Source of the DNA: Promethearchaeota archaeon
GTDB lineage: Archaea > Asgardarchaeota > Hermodarchaeia > Hermodarchaeales > Hermodarchaeaceae
Reading direction: 5' to 3'
Assembly: GCA_048938295.1 (NCBI GenBank)
Contig: JBHLMI010000015.1
Coordinates: 1-32,000, forward strand
Length of the DNA stretch: 32,000 bases
The position numbers and the translations under genes were made by a program. The notes below the pieces were generated by a model that saw only the letters and a program-made list of their open reading frames with translations, had not been told where the DNA came from and ran no database searches. Each line of letters opens with the position of its first letter. The stretch's first letter is position 1. Below are positions 8,501-17,200 of this stretch, in pieces.

Positions 8501-10551
8501 GCGACGGTATCCTCGACTACGGAACAAGTGAGATTCGCCGCATTGACTCCGATCAAAGCAGCAGTCCACTCCTCCAATTGCAAGTCGGGAATCCTGGTGC
8601 CCAATGGATGGGTAACAAGAACGCGACTATCTATTGGCGCGACCGTGGTATCGAAACCTTCAACTACCGACAACTCGAAGTCCACGTTAACATTCGCCTC
8701 TACAACCGCGTCGATTGGGACTGGTTCAGCTTCACCCAAGGTTCTGATCCTCTAGAATGGACATCCACTATCACCGTTCCAGCCAATCAAGCCCCCGGCT
8801 TCTATGTGGGTTGGATAACCCTCCAAGAAGGTACGGCCAAAGAATACTTCCCCGTGCTAGTCCGTGTCGATGGCCGCGTCATCCCAGGTGAATCACTAAC
8901 CTGGGGCGGTTCAGATGGACATCCATATGACAACGGCGCTATCACAGGCGGTGTTCGATGGGACGGCGATGGCAACTACATCAGTGGCGACTGGCGTCAC
9001 TACTTCGTTGACATCAGTGATCCCACCGATGATACATGCTGGTACATGGTTAATGTGACTTGGATGGACCCAGACACCATTCTGGACGTCTTCATCAAAG
9101 CCGCTGACTATGGCACCGACTATTGGGTCGGTTATTGGGGTGGTAGCACTATGACCGACACTGAATACCTCCGCGATGAGGGCCTCGGCCGCTGGGATTC
9201 GACACCCACCTGGGATCGTCAAAATGTCCTGCTTGCCGACTACTCATTAGCAACATCGTGGTATCTTAACCGTGAGGCCCCAATCCTGATTTCAATCCAC
9301 GTTGCCGAACGCGGTGCAATGTATCCAGTCGAAAACTTCACCGTCACCGTGACACCCACCAACTTCACCACGACACCCTATTCTCCCGCTCTTGGTGCAC
9401 TTGGTGTAACCATTGATCCGCTGCCTTATCCCGTTGGTAACCTCTCGTTACTAAATACCGGCGAAGAGATTACCGATGACTGGGTTGGATCTGGTGAGCA
9501 TCTCACTCTCAACGGCACCTGGTGGCCATGGACCTTCCCAGGTATCACTGTGCCCCACCGTCAGACGGATCTCCAAGTGCTACTCGGTGCGACCTATGAT
9601 GTAACTGCTAGCTTCACTGAATCTAACTGCACACCTGGTGCACCGCCGCCCGATGACTATACCTACGACATTCCTGACATATCGACAGGCATGCTGATTG
9701 TCATTGACTTTTCAGCCGGTCCACCAGTTGGAACAGGTGTTAGCGATGAACACGACTTGGACATCTTCCTGATGTACGGCGCCGCCCAAGTTGCGTCAAG
9801 TACGAACGCGGGTAGTGACGAATACATCGAGTATACAGCAGCAGCCGGAGGTACCTATACCCTCGTGGTTGACTATTGGGGCATTGATGAGGCACCCAAT
9901 TATATCTGGGGTGGCTGGGACTCACTTCCATTCCACTTCACTGTGAAGGCTTCCCAGATTCTCAGTAATCCCACAACGGGTCGAACGGCTCTCTACGACA
10001 CTCACCAACTTGGCATCAACCTTGCAGGATTCGATGTGACCCTCAAACTCGTCACTGGAACCAGCCTTGACTTTGGTTCTTGGCTGACTCTCCAAGTCAC
10101 TAATCTGTCAGTCACCAACTTCTTCGCACCAACGCTTAGCCTACTCAACCCCATCGCAGGAGATGTTCGCGGACCTGATGCTTTCTGGTTCAATTGGACT
10201 GCAAGTGATCAGAACTCCGATGAAACGCTCTCCTTCCAAGTCTTGGTTAGTAACGATGATGGTCTCAACTGGACCGTCGTTGTACCGGCTACCCAGGAGA
10301 TGGCGGCGTTGTGGGATCCCAACGGCTTTTACAAAGTGAACGTCACTGATACGATGCGCTGGCGAGTCATCTGTACCGACGGAATGAATTCAGTCACAGC
10401 AACCTCTGGCACCTTCGAAGTAGAAGCATTACCGCCAGAAGTACCACCGCCACCGTTAGAGTTGTACGTCATCATTGCAGTGATAGTCATTGTGATTATC
10501 ATCTTGCTCACGACGTGTTTCTTGAAACGGCGACAAGTATCGAAAACATAA
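5533..10551 (+). CDS. Membrane-anchored S8 (subtilisin/pyrolysin-like) serine protease, 1672 aa, predicted active
   Basis: Signal-like N-terminus. Catalytic D205 (VIGVVDTGID), H437 (DDGAHGTSVAG), oxyanion N596 (SSGNAG) and S691 (GGTSMAAP), plus 'SSNGP...KPDVVAPG'. PPC-like domain (DLDIFL...DEYIEY...GTYTLVV, ~9750-9880), Ig/Fn3-like domain, Pro-rich stalk, C-terminal TM helix and basic tail KRR. Confidence 0.92.
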   Translation: MKMKHYVLLRTRSMTSLTFSALLIASMFVGITAVPMANLMQSMFTPTLPGPMEQYRPLFEGADQPNPGGTSKLANFEKNLHSYLQTGVIPEGVLKTPNGMSIMLGAGYQIDLAELSEHMKINHVLDMGIGYMVLGAVNSPYHLRLIDAMDYTGLIMADEILHTPDMTYIDPGPGVDNFMVREIIQADMANSAGYDGAGSVIGVVDTGIDHTLTDLATAYHTNSSGYPTAFDPGGMGIAITDWSGSPVSGYLLTGGYDFEIVWSYYPYGGLVRYTYSTYEVVADNFWVGVGMSAIPSLSGTYKVGTCLMSSDPGEPRTRQFVFFMLTDPNSAGVYDTMYIDWETSLAVSADYNGWATPPLPADWDFTNNILNGKYDYDPLTPEPFLMAYDSNGDGYNDFGLGLLATTYDLFGFITGEMVSGIDPAGGGFAYFYDDGAHGTSVAGAAAGRGIQPFDVYGNGTDYYLTGVAPAAELMGLKLFSFGSEFECWAWGAGWRPITKDLPTGTYEDWAHTIYMPGWDESNQAHILTNSWGYILWEFGDDNYFYSVDWASFAMDYFSTGCLGYPYHNATGSYLSNPDFPDGAIADSPLFIFSSGNAGPGYSTAGSPVSASCLTVGASTTHHYAEQIYNPDLEFGPQGYDQMAFYSSNGPTPSALPKPDVVAPGLSGFEVTPLWRARTLGTEAFRTFGGTSMAAPITAGVAALVVEAMDDGPFGPWPVIGDYPVSLPYGFDGGLIKTIIKSTTDDIGHAVLRQGSGRVNAYKAVAMAVGNETLTPAGTDYLLQLWCNNTFMNYAIGYQTDTSVTDSWIHNATLAIARTGNSPYNDPNTFTGAWYWIMMSGYDAPYTPSAAYMHPGSHGLWAPNVTMMDAGFMTYAMNPGDTQDVGFIAATGGLNDITGGVDAEWYELVGEESASFFSTAPATAYPLFGSYPGINNFDAAFAADFLAADYAVITLTYDAGIFKDLWDFTNEYYYGGDTNYCFLFDWNDTNSDGILDYGTSEIRRIDSDQSSSPLLQLQVGNPGAQWMGNKNATIYWRDRGIETFNYRQLEVHVNIRLYNRVDWDWFSFTQGSDPLEWTSTITVPANQAPGFYVGWITLQEGTAKEYFPVLVRVDGRVIPGESLTWGGSDGHPYDNGAITGGVRWDGDGNYISGDWRHYFVDISDPTDDTCWYMVNVTWMDPDTILDVFIKAADYGTDYWVGYWGGSTMTDTEYLRDEGLGRWDSTPTWDRQNVLLADYSLATSWYLNREAPILISIHVAERGAMYPVENFTVTVTPTNFTTTPYSPALGALGVTIDPLPYPVGNLSLLNTGEEITDDWVGSGEHLTLNGTWWPWTFPGITVPHRQTDLQVLLGATYDVTASFTESNCTPGAPPPDDYTYDIPDISTGMLIVIDFSAGPPVGTGVSDEHDLDIFLMYGAAQVASSTNAGSDEYIEYTAAAGGTYTLVVDYWGIDEAPNYIWGGWDSLPFHFTVKASQILSNPTTGRTALYDTHQLGINLAGFDVTLKLVTGTSLDFGSWLTLQVTNLSVTNFFAPTLSLLNPIAGDVRGPDAFWFNWTASDQNSDETLSFQVLVSNDDGLNWTVVVPATQEMAALWDPNGFYKVNVTDTMRWRVICTDGMNSVTATSGTFEVEALPPEVPPPPLELYVIIAVIVIVIIILLTTCFLKRRQVSKT

Positions 10552-10553
10552 AC

Positions 10554-10585
10554 AAGGGGGGTAACCCCCTTCCCCTTTCTTTTTT
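10554..10585 (+). terminator. Hairpin + pyrimidine/T-tract terminator after the S8 protease gene
   Basis: AAGGGGG-GTAA-CCCCCTT (7-bp stem, GNRA tetraloop) starts 2 nt after TAA 10551 and is followed by CCCCTTTCTTTTTT. Confidence 0.7.
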
Positions 10586-10697
10586 CTGCCTTCAACGCAT
10601 TCTATATACCTAGAATCGAGGGGTTGTTGAAGAAGCCTTGATTCATTTGCGTAAAGCATAAGAATATGAGTAAATCCCCAATGAGAATAGGTGGCCC

Positions 10698-11267
10698 ATG
10701 ATGACCTATCGAATCCAGCGAATCGGAGTATTCCTTGGGTCACATCTGATTTCAGGCATCCTGACGTTCTTGGCAATGTATGGGGTCGCTAATGTTGGGT
10801 TGGCCCTTCAAGTAATTCTTCTCGAAGTAAGTGCACAATATGCATGGTTACTCACAGCATTGCTGCTGTACTCGTGGGTTCTCACTCTGCTAATTCTACC
10901 TATACAAGCAGGGATGCAAATTTGGAGCTTGGTTCGGCTTCAATCCACACCATTTCTCATCACTTACTATTTCCGATATGACGCCACCACAAATCTCCCT
11001 CATCGGTTTCTTGACCCCGTCCAAAGCCGGATCGGGCTCATCGCCGTTCTGTTGATACTTATTGGTGGCTTAGTCGCTTTCCCAGTCTACTCTTTCTATG
11101 GCGCCTTCGTGCTCATTGCCCGATTTGGCTTTTCACTCTTCACCTTAGATTTCATCATCTTGTTTATTCAAGGTCTAGCAGTAGGAACCTCTGCGCTCTT
11201 CGTCGCTTATTTCGTTCTTGCCTCATTTGGAGTGCTCATTCTACAATGGCGACGACGAGGCCGTTAG
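10698..11267 (+). CDS. Hypothetical integral membrane protein (about 4-5 TM helices)
   Basis: 189-aa ORF with multiple long hydrophobic segments and a basic C-terminus (WRRRGR). It converges on the aminotransferase gene. Confidence 0.7.
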   Translation: MMTYRIQRIGVFLGSHLISGILTFLAMYGVANVGLALQVILLEVSAQYAWLLTALLLYSWVLTLLILPIQAGMQIWSLVRLQSTPFLITYYFRYDATTNLPHRFLDPVQSRIGLIAVLLILIGGLVAFPVYSFYGAFVLIARFGFSLFTLDFIILFIQGLAVGTSALFVAYFVLASFGVLILQWRRRGR

Positions 11268-11282
11268 GCATACATATTGAAA

Positions 11283-12569
11283 TCAGCTGAGGGATTCACT
11301 GAGTAATTCGCCCAACTTCCGAATACCCTGGTCAATGATATCAGGCGGGGAATAGGAATAACTGATTCGCATCGTGTTCAGTGACCGCTCCACTGGTGCC
11401 AGCTCGTTTCTTTCAGGAAGATAACTAAGCCCCATTAAAGGATAGAATGCAACACCTGGTACATAGATGATATCGTTGGGAAGCGCTACCTGTTCGAGAA
11501 ATTGTTTAGCATCGAAATCTTCATTCTCACTCTCCCACCAGATAAAGAAGCCACCCGTTGGATCCGTTCGATTGCCAGCCGGAAATGTTTCATCGATAGC
11601 TTTACACATGACATTGGCTCGTTGTTTGTATGTTTCTAGGGCTTTAGGTAACACCTTATCGATGTGGTCTCGATAATAGGTATCAAGCATTCGTTGCACG
11701 ATAGTGGGACTACAGAGGTCAAGGAATCCTTTGTCTTTGTTTATTTGTTCACGGACTTTGGGTGGAAATACACTATATCCGATTCGCAGGACAGCCGCTT
11801 CCTTACTACTCGTCCGAAGATAGGCCACGTATTTGTTCTCGGTATCTAAGGCTTTGATAGGTTGTTCCCGAGGTTTGCGAAACTGGATTTCCCGATAAGC
11901 GCCATCCTCGACGATGATAATTTGATGTTCCATCGCCAAGTTAAACAAAGCTTCGCGTCGTTTTTGGGGTATCGTCGTGCCCTTAGGATTGTCAGAATCG
12001 GGAACGACATAAATCATTTCTGGTTTCTTACCCAATTCCTTTTTACAGCACTTAATGGCTTCCCCAAAATATTCCGGGATGGCTCCTTGTAAATCGGTTG
12101 GCACGGTGACAATTTGCGCCCCAAGTTTCACAGCAGGTACCAAGAATCCCAGATATGCGGGACTGGTTGTTAAGATAATGTCACCACGGTCAATACAGGT
12201 GTCAATCATGGCATAGAGGGCCTGTTGGGATCCTGTTGTAATCACAACATCGTCTTCTGGCGGGTCCGATAGTAGGGTAATGTTGTCCTTCTCTATGAGA
12301 CGGTTGGCTAATGTTTTCCGTAGGAATGATTTTCCGCTTGTTGGTCCGTAGTTGAAATCGTCAATGACGCGTTCTTCATGTCCGGCTTGAATTTCAGTGA
12401 GCTGTTCCTTCCCCAAATCAATTAGAATCTGAGCTAAGGTTTTGATGGGTAATGCACCAGGTTTTCCGCCTCCGAAATAATAGGGCACATTATATTTGAG
12501 AAGGCGCCGTATTTCAGATTCGGGGATGAATGACGTCCAGGCTGCTAGGTCATAAGGTTCCTTGCTCAT
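11283..12569 (-). CDS. PLP-dependent aminotransferase class I/II (Aro8/2-aminoadipate/aromatic transaminase-like)
   Basis: 'SEIRRLLK...FGGGKP', 'ITTGSQQAL', 'PAYLG', 'IYVVPDSDNPKG', 'IVEDGAY', PLP lysine in 'RTSSKEAAVLRIGY', 'GGFFIW', 'YVPGVAF', 'MRISYS'. Confidence 0.9.
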   Translation of the reverse strand: MSKEPYDLAAWTSFIPESEIRRLLKYNVPYYFGGGKPGALPIKTLAQILIDLGKEQLTEIQAGHEERVIDDFNYGPTSGKSFLRKTLANRLIEKDNITLLSDPPEDDVVITTGSQQALYAMIDTCIDRGDIILTTSPAYLGFLVPAVKLGAQIVTVPTDLQGAIPEYFGEAIKCCKKELGKKPEMIYVVPDSDNPKGTTIPQKRREALFNLAMEHQIIIVEDGAYREIQFRKPREQPIKALDTENKYVAYLRTSSKEAAVLRIGYSVFPPKVREQINKDKGFLDLCSPTIVQRMLDTYYRDHIDKVLPKALETYKQRANVMCKAIDETFPAGNRTDPTGGFFIWWESENEDFDAKQFLEQVALPNDIIYVPGVAFYPLMGLSYLPERNELAPVERSLNTMRISYSYSPPDIIDQGIRKLGELLSESLS

Positions 12570-12657
12570 AGCAAATTCACTCTCATAATAGAATGTACTC
12601 TGTTCTCGGCTACATCCTAATAGAGCTTTTTACTGGACGGTAGTTCAAAAAGGTAGA

Positions 12658-13182
12658 TTATTGTTCAAGCTTCTCGATGATTTGTTCAGTGAGCAAGTGA
12701 AAGGCATCTTCTACTTTTTCCCCGCTTAAGGCACTGGTTTCGATAAAAGAGCAGCCATATCTGTCTGTCCATTCTTGGATGTCATCTGGTTTGACAACTC
12801 GTTTCTTCGTTAAATCTGCTTTATTCCCAATTAATAGAACTTGAACATCACCGGCGTGCTCACGGATTTCTCGCATCCATGTTTCAATTGCCTCCAGGGT
12901 TTCAGGTCGCGTAAGATCGAACACTAGCATTGCCCCATCTGTTTGTTTATAGAAGCTTGAACGATATGGGGCAAACCGTTCTTGGCTGGCGATATCCCAG
13001 ATAATAAGGCGAGCCACCTTCTCTTCTAATTCTATAATTTTGTATGCAAAATCTACCCCAATAGACGCCTTATATTCACGTTCAAACCGGTTTTCCACAT
13101 ACTTCAGGATAAGACTCGTTTTCCCTACAGCTGGATCGCCAACTAAAAGTATCTTAAACTCATAGTAGGGCTGATTTGCCAT
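12658..13182 (-). CDS. Rab-like small GTPase (Ras superfamily), no C-terminal prenylation motif
   Basis: G1 GDPAVGKT, G2 region YKASIGVDF, G3 WDIASQE, G4 NKAD, G5 ETSA. RabF-like motifs IGVDF and LVFDLT. Ends QIIEKLEQ with no Cys. Confidence 0.92.
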   Translation of the reverse strand: MANQPYYEFKILLVGDPAVGKTSLILKYVENRFEREYKASIGVDFAYKIIELEEKVARLIIWDIASQERFAPYRSSFYKQTDGAMLVFDLTRPETLEAIETWMREIREHAGDVQVLLIGNKADLTKKRVVKPDDIQEWTDRYGCSFIETSALSGEKVEDAFHLLTEQIIEKLEQ

Positions 13183-13299
13183 AGTTCTACACCCAGTAAC
13201 TATTGTACCTTGTACTCTTTCTTATTAAACTAGTAGTAACACGCCATCTTTTAGAAGAGTATTCGAGGATTACTCTAGATAAAAAACGACTAGGTTCCT

Positions 13300-14295
13300 C
13301 TAGGCAATCGCTTCTGCAGTTTCCTCTGGTTCTCTCCAACTTTTAGTTCGGAAGAAATCATAGAAGCTGGCTTCCACCACGCTTAGTTCCGTTGGGAGTT
13401 GATTTAGTTCACGAAGTGCTTTCAGCAGATTCGGTAATTGTACGTGTGGTTCATCTACAAAGACCTTAAGACTTCCTCGGCCGGATCGGATGGTGGTTTT
13501 AACAAAGGGGATATCACTGACTTGCCTGATAGTTTCTTCGGTGAGGCGGTCGAAAGTCACTTCGATGGCTTCGCCTTTCCCGGTTAGTGATCGAATTAGT
13601 TCATCCGGATGTCCTTGCAAAGAGATAGTTCCCTTCTCAAGCAATACCACTCGGTTGCAGTATTCTACTACCTCGAGGTCATGAGAAATTAGCACCATAG
13701 ATGTGCCAAAATGGTAGTTTAGCTGTTTGAGGTAGTTAAGCAGTTCATGACGCAGATGGGCATCAAGTCCTGTTGTTGGTTCATCGAGAAGAAGAAGGGG
13801 AGGTTGATGAATGAGTCCCACACAAATGGAAACACGTTTGCGCTCGCCTCCACTCAGAAACTTAACGGGTTTATGCATTAAGTCTTCATCAAAGCCTAAG
13901 ATATCAAGGATTTCACTGGCACGACGCTGGATTTCCCTACCTGTGATAGCATACATTCGTCCAAAGAAATGAGCATTTTCGAGGGCGGAAAATGGAAAGT
14001 AGAGGCTTTCATCTTCATGCTGCGGTACATATCCCGTGGCATAATGTATGGCTGCAGCATCCTTTTTTACATTGTATCCAGCAATGCGTGCAATCCCTCT
14101 GTAGGGTTTGAGCTGCGCAGTCATAACTCGCAAACAGGTCGTCTTCCCTGATCCAGATGCTCCAATAACACCAAGGATTTCTCGTTCACGGGTATAGAAG
14201 CTGATATCTCGGAGAATGTTCACTCGTCCAATTCTGACAGATGCCTGGTCAAACTCAATGATTTTGGGGGGTTTTTCCTCTGTCATTTCTGTCAT
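13300..14295 (-). CDS. ABC-2/drug-exporter-type ABC ATPase (GldA/DrrA-like) with C-terminal accessory domain
   Basis: GASGSGKT, Q-loop GYVPQ, LSGGERKR, LLLLDEPTTGLD, H-loop LISHD. The start overlaps the upstream stop (ATGA at 14292-14295). Confidence 0.9.
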   Translation of the reverse strand: MTEMTEEKPPKIIEFDQASVRIGRVNILRDISFYTREREILGVIGASGSGKTTCLRVMTAQLKPYRGIARIAGYNVKKDAAAIHYATGYVPQHEDESLYFPFSALENAHFFGRMYAITGREIQRRASEILDILGFDEDLMHKPVKFLSGGERKRVSICVGLIHQPPLLLLDEPTTGLDAHLRHELLNYLKQLNYHFGTSMVLISHDLEVVEYCNRVVLLEKGTISLQGHPDELIRSLTGKGEAIEVTFDRLTEETIRQVSDIPFVKTTIRSGRGSLKVFVDEPHVQLPNLLKALRELNQLPTELSVVEASFYDFFRTKSWREPEETAEAIA

Positions 14296-17200
14296 ACCCC
14301 CGTTTCCTTGGCTAACTCCCGTAAGCGTTTTAGCATGTTTTCCAAACGGTTCGCTGGTTCACCTGATGTAATGCGTAGTTTCTCAATGCGGTCTGTCCGT
14401 CGGTCGGTGAGTGTCCATTCCATTTCCCGAATAAGTGCTTGTGTGGTATTCAACGTGTTATCGATATTCCTGATGATTTGTTCATCAAGGGTCGGCGTGC
14501 GCATCTGCCGTTTCCTACGGTGCTGGTTCATGAAATAAGTACCAATTATTAGGATAGTGATTACAGTGACCAAGAGAATTTGGATGGTCATGATTATAAG
14601 GAAATCAGGTTCTGGAGGTGGGGAAGGTTCCTCTGGTGGGGGAAGATAGTAGAAGTATATGAACGCTGAAGTACTGCAGTATGCGCCAGGCGTAGTAAAT
14701 ACGATAATGGAAAATGTCTGGATGGTATCGATTGTTTCGTCTAGTCCTGTCCAATTTGCTAAGAGGAAAGATCCATAACGCCCTTCTTTAACTTCAAAGG
14801 CGATGAAAAAGCTCTGTGTGCGATTTGGATGTACAAAGATAACAAACATATCTAAACCTTCGACGCCTTGGCCAGTGGCATTAACTACGTCAATGACAAA
14901 ACCTGCGTCGTTGCCAATGTAAAAGGATGAATTGACTCCACCAGTAATGTGAATGGTCATGGTTACGGTTTTGCGGAACAGGTAATGAATCGTTTGGTTA
15001 ACGAATCTTAGATTATCCAAGTCGGGTAAATAGGCGTTCCCAAAAATTGCGGAACAACCTAATACGAACAATTCTTTGTCGGTTCCACCTAAATATGCGC
15101 CAAACGCAGATCCGTTCACCCACGCAAAGGTTTGAGCAGTTCCTGTTGTCGTCAATAAGGTTCCATCGATAGTAGAGATGGCGTGTACTCCACTGGTAAA
15201 GGGAGTGGAGGGGTGTAGTTCTGTTGTGTTATATGAGGTGACGGTTCCACCAACCTGGATGCTCTGATTCAAAAGCAATTGGTTCACGGCTGTTTGATTA
15301 GACGAGTCGGGGCGGTCAACGAGAATAATTGTCTTGTACCCTGATTCGATGAATTCAGAAATAGCGTTTGTCTCATTCACCGAAAACCCCTTTTCCGGAT
15401 CACAGATTACGAGGCCATCAAAGAGTTGGAGGATAGTTGAGTTAATTTCGTTAATCAGGGGGATGTCGACCAGATTCAACTGAGACGCGGCGAACAGCTC
15501 CCGTAAGCGTGAATATCCAGTCAAGAGGCTATCGCCAAGTTCTGCAAAGAGGGCAAGAAGCTCATTATAATCCAGGTTGGAGAGGTCAAGGTCTTCAAGG
15601 TCAGTAAAATCAATCCCTTGGTTATGGGTGGAGTCAAAGAGGATGACAGCCTGTGGATACGTCACATTAATGACAAAGGGGAGCGTTAGTTCCCATTCAT
15701 CGGTAGCCCGTAATACCAGGTTTCCATAATAGGGCCCAGACTCGAGGAAAGTGGGGATAAAAATCGTAATTTGGAACTGGGTGCCTATACCAACATCAGT
15801 AATTACTTCAGGAGAAATTGTGGGCGGGTTTTCCCACTGAGTGACATTTCGGTCAATGGGTGAATCGATTAGACTATTGATAAATGGTTCAATGGCTATG
15901 GCTAGCGATGGGATATGTGTGGTTGTATGTAAAGTAAGATTATACAGGGCATAATCATTGGGAAACTGAAGGGTCATCGGAGTATAAGGTACGTGACTGG
16001 GAACTAGCATTCGCATCATCGGTGGGGAACTAATGAACACATCACGGTAAACCAAATTATCTAGCGGATAGCGGTCCTGAGGAATGAAAGGGATAATTAG
16101 ATCAAAATCAATACTGGGTGAGACTACCCATCCGGCAAAATAGATTTCTGTGACTTCAGGATTCCATTCAACTGAGAGTCGTTGATACTGGAATGGTTCG
16201 AAAATCCCTAATTGGAAATAACGAGCAAACACAGCGCCACCAAGAGGTTGAGAGCGGTTGGTGAAGAATGCTGCAAGGGAATCAACACCTACGTCTCCGA
16301 TATTACACACGATTATTGACGTCAGATAAGTCGAATTAGTAATCCCAGTTCTGGCCATATCCACCTGAATCATGCAGAGGTCAGTTAAGGGAACAGCAAC
16401 TGTTGCCAATTCTGTCTGATTGATACCGTGAATAAGAGCAGTGAAGTTAAGACCGAACCCTAACGTCATTGACACATTCAATGAAGAGGTGCCAGCGGAT
16501 AGGTTCCCCAAGCGCCATTGTGATCCAAATCCGATGCTTTCGTCACTTGCATAACTTGTTGTACCGTTCAGTGTTTCATTTTGTAACTGGTCACTGACCT
16601 CATCATAAGGACCAACCTGAAAATCGCTAAACGGTGTTGAAGCATTGATTCCAATGAACTGCTCCACTCGAGTACTCTCGTTGACGGGTAACACATCACG
16701 TTGGATGTGGAAAAGTTGGGACGTATCGTTAAAATAGCCTTGCTGGGTGGAAGTGTCATTTGCACCGCTGAACAAATCAAAATTCCATAGACTGTACACA
16801 CGGATATCTGTGACCGTTTCTGAACCAATATTTACAAAGAAAAATGATATTCGAAAGGCATTGACCGATGGACCTGTGGCTATCTGCCAAGATTCAATCC
16901 GTGGTATGATGAGTACTTCATCATACGATAAAATACCTGTCGCGCGTACATATTCACCATAGGGTAAACCAGTCCAATGCATTTCCTGTTCAACATTTAG
17001 AAATGAAAACGGAGTGGGACTGCTATTTCCTACCGCTAGATAAAACATGCCAAAGAGAAGATGGAACAGTGTCATATTCGTCACAGAACTTGTCACAAGG
17101 GCACCTATTGCCGTAGAATACCCACTCATAAGCAGTGTAACATTCTCAGAGCTGGATTCACTAACTAATATTCCATAGTAGGGAAAGCCGAGGCCAATAC

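Noticed and set aside
8365-8755. Thr/Ser-rich 117-aa ORF (8402-8755, +) and antisense 124-aa ORF (8365-8739, -)
   Set aside because: Both lie wholly inside the S8 protease CDS. Their composition is explained by off-frame reading of Asp/Asn/Tyr-rich codons, and they have no independent signals.
10329-10776. Minus-strand ORFs 10329-10595 and 10456-10776
   Set aside because: They overlap the S8 C-terminus and terminator in antisense and have no recognisable motifs.
13247-13280. Imperfect inverted repeat AGAGTA...TACTCT between the ABC ATPase and GTPase 1
   Set aside because: The 6-bp arms are short enough to arise by chance, so it is not called as a feature.
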